Below are positions 50,638 through 64,000 of a DNA stretch of 64,000 nt, piece after piece. A program made the translations under genes and the position numbers. How positions within the stretch are numbered: position 1 is the first letter of the stretch; every line of letters begins with the position of its first letter. This stretch comes from Lingula anatina. Lineage: Eukaryota; Animalia; Brachiopoda. The notes under the pieces are model-generated. The model did no database searches, was not told the origin of the DNA, and was given only the letters and a program-made list of their open reading frames with translations. Location of the stretch: positions 225,721 through 289,720 of the forward strand of contig CM120648.1 of NCBI GenBank assembly GCA_051362555.1. Reading direction: 5' to 3'.

Positions 50638-53600
50638 TACGTTCTTTTTATAAGCATACAAACAGAGAGAATTTTTAAAACTATGACCGAAATCAAACAT
50701 TGCTTAAACCATAATAATCTGCCGAAAGCTCTACCTGCATGGTAATATACACTATTCGCAAGATTTCGAAGACGTTTCTGTATCATGTGTTATCCAGTCT
50801 ACTCCAAATAGGCATTGCTTTTGTTGAGATAAATTCCGGACATTATACCTCAACTGATACAATCATAACCTTCATATTGCAAGTGAATCTAATGATAAGA
50901 CGCTTATTTACAAAACGTGATTACATGGATTTGCTTTGGCAAGGGAATGATATAACAAATGGCGGACTAATACTTAAAACAGCGAACTTAAAATAGCTTG
51001 GTTTGCGTTTAAAAAGAGATGCCAGAATAAGAGAACATATGTCGATTCATTAATCCACATTCTGTGTAAATCCCCATATATTGGCAAATACATGCATAAA
51101 CCCCAGCAATGAAAACATACAATATCTCCTAATATTTCATGTGCGACTGTTAGGCTTGTAGCTAAAATGTATTTCATTACTGCCGGGTGGAATATGTTTT
51201 TTTTAACTCTGATACACATCTATAATTAAAGTGCCGCCCATACTTGAATGTCAGCCTGAATATCAACAAAGTAAAATTATTGCTCCACTTTTTACACATT
51301 TTAAAAAGATTTCTTACCTCTAGGAAAATCTTATTCGAGTAGTGGTTAAGACGCTTTCTCTTAACCATGAAATTATTCAGTGCTTCCGGTTCTAAAATGT
51401 CTTCACTCCCGTCAAAGACTACAAGATTCTACCACAACGCCAATACTGCGACCTATCATAACCTGTTCTAATCATATGGGACCCCGCATGATGTGGTCAA
51501 AACATGGTGCTTCAAATTTCAACAATTTCAACATAACATATCATTATTCACTAATGTACCCATCAGTGGCAGTTTATAATCAATACAGGGACGCCTGTCG
51601 AATCATTTCTGCGTCCTTTACAGAATGCTAGTAAAATTGGCCGACCACCCACCCATTCGTCATCGAGAGTCCACTATATGTTACGTTGTTATTCACATGT
51701 AGATGGTACATTTTTATTTACGATCATTTTTTCGTTCGTTAGACATTGCCTCTGCCTGTCCGTCTGCCCATATGTCGGCATATATATCAGTCTGTCTTTT
51801 CGCGTCTCCTTTTGACTGTCCGACTGTCTGTCTGTCTGTCCTTTTCCTCATCTGTCCTTCCGTCAGTCTATCCGTTTGGAATAAATTCTAATGCCATAAA
51901 CAGAACTGCGTGCCAACATGTCAGAGATACATTATGTGACACCGTGTTCACATGGTAAACTCAATAACAGAGTAAACCCAATTACAATACATTCGCCATG
52001 AGTCACTGACCATTGCCAGATGTTCTGGAACAGATTGGATTGCCATCGCAGGCTAAGTGCAATCATCAGAACGTGCACACGATTAATGATACTCAATGAG
52101 ATCGAATCACTCGGTACAGTGGCAGACAGCTGGAAAGCGGTGAGCAGCAAATGTGCCAACACGGGCGTTTGTAAGACCAATTACAGGAACATTGGCGAAT
52201 GCCGTAAGTTGGCAGAGTCTTACAAAGCCAACGTAATGGTATATTTAAAGGGGGGGGGGGGGTATTTATAAATCTGTAGCGATACCCCCAATATTTAAAG
52301 AGATATACCTGGTTTGCCGCTAATTTGAGGTGCGTGTAACCGTCGAAAGAAAACAACCAGGTCCTGGATAAAACCCGATGTCTGCTGGGGAGAAATTGAA
52401 GCAGTTCTGAGCTGGACCATCTTAAACGAAATAATCGTACTGAATAATTCAAACACAACAAAGTTGTCCATGGATACATGTCCCAACTAATGGATATCTC
52501 TCGCCGAGGGAGCAACGCTGATGATTGTCTTGCTTCAAGTTCCTCTAGGGTTTCCTCCTCAATAAAACCCGATTTTATAAATGGGATTAGATGATAATCA
52601 TACTCTGATGCGTGTTCCGTTGCTAAAAGCTCTTTTATTATATTTCTATCCTTGAAAATAATGGGCGCTATTTGATATCGTCTTTTGCAATTAATTGGAT
52701 TATTGCTTTTTACCTGTGTGTGTAGAAACTATTAGTTCATACTCAGAGGGGGATATTCAGATCACAGTGCAGGAATCGATGATAAAAGAAACTGTAACGT
52801 GTACAACGTTTCCAAGAAGAAGATAATTGAAACCCACTAAAGAGTAATTTATAAATGTAATGTGGTTTTTAAATGAATAAAAAACAATTTATTCATTAAG
52901 TTACAGATGAACACAGCATAAAATGATTAAAATGTCCTCCTCGTGAAGTTCCAATGCAAGAAATCACTAATGCATATCTTCCTGTGTGCAATATAAAAGA
53001 GGCAATACCTAACAATGCTGTACAATACATAAACGCCAAGCAAAAAAAAAAAAAAAGCTTCTGGAAAACCATCTCAAAAGCCTATAAAGCACAAGATGCC
53101 GATTGATAACGCATAATGTACATTATTTTATTTAGCCTCAATAAGTAAGATATGAATTTGACATTTAACGGACAATTCTTATGGTAGCAGGAGAATAGGA
53201 AAAGTCATCAACAGAAACCCCACGAAATGTCATCTGCGCCCTACAATAATCTTTACTGATTTCTGTTTTCTAAAGTCTTATTTAATATCGATATGAAATT
53301 GAAACCGTTATGCAATTCACCGGGCAACAGGAGTTTGCAGATGGTTTCATAGAATCCATAGAAATACCACAGACTAGAAAGAAACAATGACTTTCATTTG
53401 ATAATAAATCGTATGGGAAGACTCATAGTCTGGACCAGGATGATGTATGATATATAATTCACATTTATTTCCGTTTTTCTTAGCCTCATTGAGCAACGAA
53501 CATAACAAGTGTACTTACATAAAGGTTAAAACACACTCAGACACAGACACAATATTGATTTTTGTTTTTGTATGATTTTGAATATACGATATGTCAATAA

Positions 53601-53996
53601 TTCTAGAAGTGTGCTGAATGTCACATGTATATCAGATGTGTCGCTATATTAGCCTCGTTGACAACAGAACTAAATTGCACAGGAAACCTCCAATCAGATA
53701 CCGTCATGGAGTCAATTTTACTAAGCACGGAGGTTGCCAGTCCATGACGTATCGGGGTCTCACGTCATCTGACCGTCCCATTACGTCAGTGGCATTATTC
53801 CCGGTGTAAGTTAGTCCCGTTGTTACATGTAACTCAGCTGATTTTGTAACACTTAGTGTTACCAACGTGTAACTAGACAGTTCTAAGTACACCGTATAAT
53901 TAGCACATGCAGGCATGGCTCCCAGTGTTACAAAGTATAGGATATTTTACTCATTAAACCCAATAATTTTGGCAACACGTCTGCGAGGCTTCAAGT

Positions 53997-54001
<5 letters not shown>

Positions 54002-54070
<69 letters not shown>
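54002..54070. repeat. Compound (CA)n(TA)n microsatellite
   Basis: Direct observation. Confidence 0.95.
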
Positions 54071-54071
<1 letters not shown>

Positions 54072-57000
54072 TCAGTTAAAAACTGAGCTTCAATGTACTG
54101 GAAAAGTGACAGCGAAAGGTGAATGGTAAGTGAGTTCACAACATCCGGATAATGCAAAGAGAAGTAATTGAATTTTTCAAAAGTTTCAGGGTGACTTCTT
54201 GGTGTAATTTATTTAATTATTGATAGATTGATTGGTTGATTGAGTTTTTCCTGTATCACTTTATTTATAAGTATTGATATAACCACATTATTTAAATTAC
54301 AATGACATTATCAATCAATATAATTTTTATTTTTGCACTCGATCTATTCTGTGACATGTTTTAAATAAAAGAGCGACCTTATTCGGAATACAATATCTCG
54401 GGTAAGATCCAGAGATACGTCATTCTATGAATCATTCTTGCAATATCAGCAGTGGACTCTTTAATAGCAGATAGACTATACTACACTGTATAATAAGGCG
54501 ACAACAAAAACCTTCACTCCCACTGTAATTATTCACGCTATCTCTGTATTATTTCAACATACACGATACTTCCACGCTGAGCGTGAAAAATTAATATAAT
54601 CATATCCTGCCATTTCCGCCTAGTGGATATTTTTATCTGTCCATTTCGTATTCTTGAATTCATAGGCATCGTAGTATGCCAGTGACGGGAAGGAAGATGG
54701 CTCATATTACTGCATGATGTTGTACATTCTTATCGTACAGGTGTATAGGAGCTGCAAGAAGGACAGCGGAGGCTAGCCCCACAGCATTTTAATCACCAGG
54801 GCCAGACGCTATATTTTTTTCTGAATACGTGCCCCCTCCCCCCCAAATTTAACACATATAAAAGTGTTCTTACCAACGTTATGCATTGTGACTTGACGCG
54901 GTTCAAGCACAACGTAAGAGTAGAATTTAGACGTAGATTCACTGCATGGGTTTCATATGTGTCACAGTAATACCGGAGCTCTAGAAGCATTTAACGATGA
55001 CACATCGTATATGTCTCAAAGTGAAAGTGTACACCATCATGTAGAAAGCCTAATGAGAGGCATCTGATCAGTGCATAATAAGCAGCAATACATTTCCTAG
55101 AATCATAGTTATACAGCACTTTTTTCTAAGATAAGACAAAGTAGCACAAGATAATTACTTGAAACACCATCCAAGGTCCGGATATTATCATGGATCTATT
55201 TGATACAGTGTCTGATTTCGCCAGTAGCATATCGCTGGCGTCAACGATGCCACTTCCATCGAGATAATTGGTTTTTAGACTAACACGACAGAATGAAAAT
55301 ACATATTACCATCTGTCATGTTTTGTCTGTTCCATGCTGTCACATGTGATCTAATTAAGCACAGCTATCGCGTCTTATTCTAAACATTCGGAAACGGTAG
55401 TCGATATGGGCTGCGACGGCCCAGTAGGACCTAATACATCAAGTTTTCATGATTTATTTGAAAGAAAATAAAAACAATTTGATGGATTTAAGGCCCCTCA
55501 TTGCATGTACTTATTAAAGGTTTTGGAAACTTTTGATACAAATTTACCAACGGTGATTAACACTTGTTGTAAAACCTAGCACATTAAGTGGTTCGATGCC
55601 GTCATCGTTGGAGCATGTCCAGCTGCTTTCTATTTGAACAACAATGCAGTAATACATATACCTAAATACGTTTTAAATAGACACATGTTACAGGAGCAGC
55701 TAAAATGACATAAAACTTGATAATAGGTAGTTTACATGTTGTTTGAATCAGCAGAGATTTCAACAAAAAAATGGACTTAGATTAAGTTCAGGAAGACAAC
55801 GCTTGATTGCAATCTCCAAGCCAGGTTATTTCATCTGTATCTATCATCCAAGACTCTGACAAGACTAGACCATTTAATTCCGTGAAGATAAGCGAATTAC
55901 ACAATACTTATAGAACCTCATATTGTGGATTTATTGACTTTCTTAAAATCGACCGTATCAAACGGCTACATGTTATATATAAAACATTACCGATAACGAT
56001 TCCGCAATTTTATCAGCTTGGCTATGCAATTATTCAGGAAAAAGCATGTTAAAATATATACATAACTCAAATAAGATAAAACAGCAGGCTACGGACCTTC
56101 AACAAAGTGATGTTATACATTTTCTTTGCATTGGAATTTTTTTCATTTTGGACCCCGTGTTACGTTTGCTGCCTAACTCGCATAGCAATATTGTCAATTA
56201 ATAAAATATAAGTCGAAAACATCAATTGATAACTAAGGGAGAATTATATATACTGTATAAACAACATATGTATAGTAGTATAGTATCGAATGTATTCAAA
56301 CATACCAAACAAGCACAACAACAACATACCAATTGTACTGAATTAAGATAATTGTAAGGAAGCGTTTGCACGCAAATCTACATATCAATTCGCGCTGACA
56401 CAAGAACACGCACCCACACACGCGAGTAAACATAAGGCACGCATAATTTCTGATCGTAGACAAGTATATGTAGGCCTTCGGTCACCCTTTGGTGAACTAG
56501 AAGTATAAATACACCCATCGACGTCAAGTTTGTGTATGCAAATACGGATTGCACTAGCGTACTCCATGCACGCTCACGCATACACACACTGACACACTCA
56601 CGCGGTAACAAAAACATCGAGTACTTACCAGAACTCTCCAGGTTAAGAATTAGTCACTACAAACGCTGACGATCAAGGCAGTGTGCACTATTGTCACCTC
56701 GTGGACCCAAACTTCCAGCTCCAAGGTCTGTTGCTGGCAATCCACACTCTGAAACAGATACCATTAATACTACAAGGATCAATAGATAAATAATTCAGGA
56801 CAGGCATTCCACAAGGTCCATTAACGATATAGCAACTCACGCTTAATCTACTATCTATTTGATGATGACTTTTCCAAAGTAACAGTATCCACCGCAGAGA
56901 CATGCAATGGACGAATGGTGTATTGAACATACTGGTGGTCGTGTACCTCACATATATGTTGTACTGGTATATCATTCAGCGTCTTACCAGTATATATATC

Positions 57001-57112
57001 CCTTCCTTATGCTAATAGTAAACAAACGTTCATTACATAATGTAATGTACTGAATCTATAAATGTCACATAATACGTCTGCTTGACTTGATTGATGGGCT
57101 AGTGAATGGAAT

Positions 57113-57113
57113 A

Positions 57114-57145
<32 letters not shown>

Positions 57146-57198
57146 AAAGTAACTACCGACCGACCGACTGATTGAATATATGAATGAATGAATGAATG
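57113..57198. repeat. Compound (AAAG)n/(CCGA)n/(TGAA)n tetranucleotide repeats
   Basis: Direct observation. Confidence 0.9.
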
Positions 57199-59001
57199 GA
57201 TAATTGAGCGAATACGTCGGAAGGGTAAGCGGAGAAAAACACAATAAAAAGAAAAGAAAAAAACGTATGTTCGCTTCAACAGTCAATTGGGACGAGATAT
57301 CACTTCCCCGATAGGATCACCTGAAGTTTGAACAGAGCTACTCCAAGATGTGTCATTGAGTTTATAAACTGAGTACATTCATAACAAATAGTGGCATAAA
57401 TTGACAATACGTTTGGAAGCCATCGTTTAGCATAGTGTGTGTTCTTGTATATGGAATTAAACTTACGGCAATAACCGTACATGTATGTGCCGCCTTTTTC
57501 AATATTGGTACTTTATATGAGTGCCTCTAGTGCTGCATGTCAGATAAACGGAGCCCTTTAGAGACAGTAGCTACCCCAATCGCAGGGTTCTTAAGGCCAA
57601 GATCGAAAAGATGTTTAAAGCATAATGGACCATAACCAAGCCATGAACGGGGCGTTTTGTGTCGGCGTCACCCACAGGAATTCAATGCAGTCAATGACCG
57701 CGAGAAACAACGTGGTTCTCGCTCAACGGGATTGTTGGTTGAATATAATTGTAGTCGTGGAGAACGAGGCCAGTACATTTTCAATTGGCTTTTACAATCG
57801 ATGGCCTAGGTGAGAATATCACACACTTCGCTACAATTTTCGTATTGATCGAAGTTTTATTGTTTTTCCCCGAAGAAAATTGAATGTATTTTAAATGTAC
57901 GTTTAGTTTTCAGATAACATGGCGTTGGTTAGGTTCATATTCTGAGAAAGTTTCTCAGAGAGATAGAGAGAGAGAGGGGTCACCGTTGAGTGACGTTTTT
58001 AAAAATCTCTCATAAAATATGTTAATGATCATACCTGTCTGTTGTTGCATAAAAATATTCCTTAGTCTAGTGTTGAGTCAAAGACTCATATGTCGTGGGT
58101 GGTAAGTATGGGATGTTTGTCTTTTTCGATATAGCAGACGTGCAAAAAGGCCATTTATCATTACGTTGTCTTATTTATTTTCAGAATGTGGACAATCGAT
58201 TGATTTTCACATCGGTTGATCTGCATGGAATTTGGGCGCGCTTGAGTCTTGATATTTGTATCTATTCATTTGTTTGTTTTTATTTGCATGTTTATTTTTT
58301 TGCTTGTTTATTCCTTTTTTTATTTATTTGCTTATATACTTACTTTCATTTTAGTTTTTGGGGGATGCACACACATACAACCAGTACTTCCGCCTTATGG
58401 AGGGTTGATCTACTGAATAAGACCGTTTGTTTACAGTAATTCTAACACCTGCATCCGTCAACTTGTTTGCACAATGGACAAGCGGAGCTCTTACCAGGGG
58501 CCTTCAAATGCCAACCCCAATATTGAAGGGTCCTGATGCCAACAGGAAAGGGTTTTCTGTTTTCATCTGGGCGAATTCTCAAAGCTTTAAGTCACGATGT
58601 GTTGTCAAAACAAACCTGGTTTTTGCGATCAATGTAACGTTTATCATCCAGTTTCTGTTGTGTTCAGAATTCCATAATGGTTTTTACGTAAGGTTAAATA
58701 ATGCATGGGTTTTCGAGGCAATGGGGTATATATTTTATATACATTGCGCTGAAAGCAAGAGTTGCAGAAATAAATTGATTTTCCCTTCGTCTATTGTTTT
58801 AACACAGTTGTATGATGTATCTAGAAAAATATATACATAGAAAAACACATACAGGAGCGAAATTGATTTTTTACACCCCGAGGAAAAAGAAATATGAATA
58901 TATCACTGGTAATGCGATTATAAGTGGAACATCTGCGTGGAAAGTCTCTGGGGATATCTCGATAATTGCATGTTTCTAACACACGGAGAAGAGGTTCTTG
59001 G

Positions 59002-59041
<40 letters not shown>

Positions 59042-60552
59042 AAAAAGAGTCTACAGAACAAAACTGAAACTAGTAGAACAATTAATTGTTCCTGTACTTA
59101 CAAATTCTTAACGCACAGGTTTAGCGTCCACACACCTTTAAGTTCACGACCAAAGTTCCTTTCTCTGTATACGAGTACTGTTAATTTCAAAACTATGTAT
59201 ATAGAAGGATTGCCATTGCTCTAATCTACATTATGCCTTGTGGCTTACCACTGCCCCAGACGACGACCGCCTTAATCCGATCATCCTAATGGTCAACCCT
59301 GCGGCTTAACACAGATAAGATGGACAGTTCCTTGGACAAAATCGATCAAAACCTTTTCCATCAGTCTCGAATATCTTGGAATGTCGACACAGTGCCATTA
59401 AGTAATAGCGAAAATCGGTTTCTAACTATTGTGCAACAATGGAAAGAAAGAAACAGGCTGCAAACAAATACTTACGATGAATGTTATCGCTTTCACGTGC
59501 AACAGGCGCGCAGCCATTCGTCCGTGCGAATGAATTCATGAATTTCACATGGGCAGCTGTCTAAGAAGTTATTCCAATTTATAATTTTCCAATCATTATT
59601 ACTATTATTGTTATTATTATTATTTCTGCTGTTGTTGCTGTTATTATTGCCGTTTTGTTAATTGCCTTTTTCATGATTCCACTGCTTTCGAAATCACCTC
59701 TATATAGTTATTGCTCCATTTTGTCTGTCTGTTTGAATCATGCCACATAGTCTTGTATCGCTGCCATCCACTATTTTCTGAACACAAGCAATAGCAACTA
59801 TTATGCCGAAGATGAATAACATCCACAATTAAACGCGTTAGCTTAAGTATCAGCAAGCCAATCATTCAATATTCTGTGGACACATTTCAGCCAGCAGCCC
59901 AGCATAAAGCCAATCACTTATGATATGGTAGTGGTCGGTCAGAACTGGACATATGGCGTGATTTGTGACCTTTGCAGCACCTATCAAATTAAAACCAAAA
60001 AACCGTACTGTGCACACAACAGAAACAAATATCTTAACCATCTCAACTGTCAACGGAAGTGCCATTGTAACGCCCCCTGAGTATCAATGGGTAAATGTAC
60101 CGGTTAATTAGTACGTGCAGAGGAAAACTGGTCAGTGTTCCGCCAAGATAACGGCATAGAAAGTACATCACTTGCTCTATTGTGATATTCTTATCAGTTT
60201 AAACGTCCAAGACAGCACACAGCTCTGTTGTTAGCCAGATCCTTCCCTGTGGAACCTCAAGGTGACAGTGACTATATATCCAGTAGAACGCTTGCAAAAA
60301 CTGCTGGGTATGAACTGAACTTAATGATAATAAATATAATAATAATAATTATGATGATAATAATAATAATAATATACATGAAGACGAACAATTTTCACTG
60401 ACAGCTTTGCTCCAAAACACAGTTATGGCAACTGAGCTATCAATAGCACCTATACATTGCATGCAATACATTAATTTGCGGACCAGTGATGATTCTAGGT
60501 CCTTAGCTCCATAAGCTTCTGAGGCACTCCTACATGCACCTCCCCTACCACA

Positions 60553-60608
60553 TACACACACACACACTCACACACACACACACACACACACTCACAAACA
60601 CACACACA

Positions 60609-60656
<48 letters not shown>

Positions 60657-60666
60657 ACCACCACCA
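60553..60666. repeat. (CA)n microsatellite
   Basis: Direct observation. Further (GA)n runs at 59005-59040 and 61151-61194, and (CA)n at 11407-11439. Confidence 0.95.
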
Positions 60667-61145
60667 CAAAACATATGTACGAGCAGAGTGAGATAAAAAC
60701 ATCTCAGTAACATGTACAGTATCATTTTCTCTTCCACTATTCATTTACAGATATTAATTTCATCATTTGTCCCTTCCATACCAATACTGACAATTGAAAA
60801 AACTTGTTTTTTACCAAAGTATTTACCACAGTTAAGTTGCCCACGTACTGCACCGATACCTGACAGTCTTCTATTGCTACCTGTTACCTGCCATTGAACA
60901 TTTCTACATTGAGCAATTTAATAGTATCTGGATGCACAAGATATTGATAAAAACTACGTGAGGGATTACTACATGCAACTGAAGGCTGCCTCAAGTGCTG
61001 GACAAATATGGTGTAGAACTTACTCTCCCAAAGTGTCAATATGACCTCGGGTATGCTTGCAACAAAGATACACTCTGTGTAAGTTACACAAAGCATTTTG
61101 GAATACCTAGAGCTCAGCTGATATTGATGAGAAAAGTTAACAGTC

Positions 61146-61195
<50 letters not shown>

Positions 61196-64000
61196 CCAAC
61201 ACATTTCACGGCGATATAAAATTGATGAATAAAATAAACACAAACGCAATCGCACGCGCTTGTTCATGTACCAACCCTAACATGCGCACTCCCATAAAAT
61301 AACAAAATTATGGTCCGCACAAGCGCGTACAGATGTACACGCGCACAAGCACACTGCAACACATGTAGGTTTACACACAAACACGCGCACACACGATTCT
61401 GAAGTACACGCACGTACGTTATCTCGCAAAACCATAGCCTTGAAAGTAAGCACCCTAATTTACTTACAAGTAGTACTCACTTACATAGCTGAGATATGCC
61501 AACCACAACCTGTACAAGCTCCACATACCTTAACTCGATCAATTATATATATACGCAGCGGCAGAATGCCAACCAAAGACATGAAAGATAAACTACTGCC
61601 CGCGGGGTTGCCAACTCGGCACTTTTGAGATTATATTCTTCGTAATTATCGATTCCCGTTTGTCTCCAGGTGCTATCATCTTGTTAATAATATGATAAAT
61701 AATAGATGTTTCTGTGTGTGCCTCGAAAAACATAAACAACTTGACGCAGGTATTATAAGTGTAGAGCAACTGTTAAGCGTGACTTGGTGCGTCAGCGTTC
61801 GTGTGTGAGTGTGTGCTAGCGGGGGGCTTACAATTCAAAATTAGATAAATGAAAAATATATATTAACAATACCGACTATGGAGACTATCTTTAGACTATC
61901 TTGCTTCCTGCACTTACGCCCAACGCGGTTAAAGTAAGTGTTTGTGTGTGTGTGCGTGTGTTTGTGTGTGTGTGTGCGTCTAGGGTCTAGCGTAATACAC
62001 CAGCCCCTCCTCTCGGTTCCTCGCCTATATCCGGTATACAATGGACTTGGACGAACTCTTGAATGTAATTCAGAATCTAATTTTCATTTTCAGTGCCAAC
62101 GACATGCTCATTAAAGCTTTTTTGATTGCAAGATTTTTAGCCAGGTAACGTTTCACTATAACACCCGTATCGACGTGGTCAACGTGTTAAGCATTACGTA
62201 CCTGTACTACTGCCTCTTTTTGCTAATTGCTGAGCAGTAGATTTGCTTTTTTTTTCAAATTCAAAAATACATATCTCCGCTAAGGCAAAGTGTTAATAAT
62301 AATAATAATAATAATAATGCACCAGATTCAGTCGGGATTTTAATCGTTAATTTCCCAGCTGAACAATTGTGACGTGTATCCTGACATTAGTGAAGAACTT
62401 TTTTTTCAGATTAAAAGGCGACGCGAATGAGGACATCCTCCTACCTTGGCAGAGGAAGCTATGGTATGGGTAGGCTCCATCAGAGTACCATTCTGGCCCT
62501 GAACAAGATTAAACCAACACATTTTGCATCCGTCAAGTATACAGCAAAAGGCATCGTGCCAGTTGAAGTCAGTAAGCTTAACACGCAACACTGAATCCAC
62601 TGAGTCCCTGGAAACGTGCGCCAGAGACCTGGTCTACAACAAGGATAAATACATTATTTGGACTAAGATCTTTATATGTTAGGATAGAGACGTCTAATCA
62701 CGTTTCACAAAAAAAATATAAAAGGTCGCTCCCGTCCTTTTTATGTCATTTACAGAAAATTGTCTTAACGCTTTTTTTTTGCTCTGAACGGAGCCATGGG
62801 ATATTTTAAATATATTTAATGCACTAACTGTCAAAGAATCATTACTGCTCTTGGAGCAGTATCGCAGGATCGACTTGACGTAGTCGGTTCTATGATTTTA
62901 GGATATACTTTTGTGAAACAGGACAGAATACGTTGGCGGGCTTCTATTATATACCATTGCTAATATTGCCAAGTCCAGCTGATGGGAAAAGTTCCATAGT
63001 TATTCTTATTATTTCGTTTAGGTTAGAAAAAAACATTTTGATAAATGGCGAGATAGCGGCTGAGGTTAGAATATATGAAATATACACCAGCATATGTCCA
63101 GGAAATATGTACTGGAAGTTAAAGTATGTATGACCTGCGTTTATATGATCTGTTTTCGTGTCCTAGGTTAATTTATTAAAGATAAATATATACGATGTTC
63201 ATTGGAAATTAATACATTCATGTTTATGCATTTGCGTGTTCACATATTGCAAAAGAGTGATCTCGTTGATATTAACAACAGTGAACTATCTCCATTCTAG
63301 TTCTTTTTTCCTATTTCGTAAAGCTGACCTTTCCGTTGAAAAACTTTAGTTTTCGGTGAATTTTAAATGCATACTGCGCGTTATCACGTCAAACTGAAAC
63401 TGATCAAACGTTTTTGAGAAAATGGTGTTGTAAAAACATTCACTAATTTTTTTTAACGTAGCAAACCCAAACTAAAGATCATTTTACTGTACTAGTAATT
63501 ACCATTAGAAGTGTGTTATGAAACCGTGCACTCTTTGCCGCTCATGGTAATAGGCTAGAAGATACCACTATTGGAGCAACTGTTGAATATGCATTCTCCA
63601 TTACAGAAACATGCATCTCCAGAGACTCAAATATAGACCAACGATACATACAGCTGAGCACAGAAACCAACTAACGGTAACATGGGACGATTAACTGTGC
63701 TTTCCTAACCATTTTAGACCTCAGTTGCTCCTAATTTCTATCAATTACATAGACCTATTGGCACCGACCTTTGTAAACTACATGCATCATTATTGCTGGC
63801 TCAGCTGGGTGGCGGAGTCGTTAATCGGTATCAGATAATGACAAAGAAATGCACGCACTTACTGTATTATATACTCGCAAACGAAATCGACGGGTCACGA
63901 AATTAGAAGAACACCAGACCTTTGCTCTCCGCCGTGTGTGGAGAACTCGCCCTCATTAAATTCAACAGTGCAGCTTGCACAGCGGTCAGTCTTTCAACAG

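Noticed and set aside
50700-64000. Numerous 60-140 aa ORFs in the ORF track
   Set aside because: Non-ATG starts, microsatellite-derived composition and no recognisable domains. Consistent with chance ORFs.

Overview
AT-rich, intron-containing animal (probably marine invertebrate) genomic DNA; the species cannot be determined from the window. The main feature is a tandem + strand array (about 24.9-46.1 kb) of three-exon EF-hand genes of the sarcoplasmic calcium-binding protein (SCP) / coelenterazine-binding protein / aequorin superfamily. It holds six intact genes, one deletion-truncated copy, three orphan first exons and one exon-3 relic. Every gene has a separate 28-30 codon first exon encoding a basic, nearly acid-free N-terminal peptide that resembles a mitochondrial presequence. 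The array shows a head-to-tail duplication, apparent gene-conversion tracts and diverging core promoters. It lies between two same-orientation, defective Tc1 (DD34E) copies of about 1387 bp. On the - strand (4951-10831) I reconstructed a five-exon single-pass membrane protein gene that the ORF track only shows in fragments. Its last intron holds a 2.2-kb 29/42-bp minisatellite enclosed by a 49-bp inverted repeat. Also present are a Harbinger-like MITE, a Helentron/HINE, hairpin MITEs, an L2/CR1 relic, a possible Ulp1-protease relic and many microsatellites. Family assignments come from motif recognition and recalled sequences, not from database searches.
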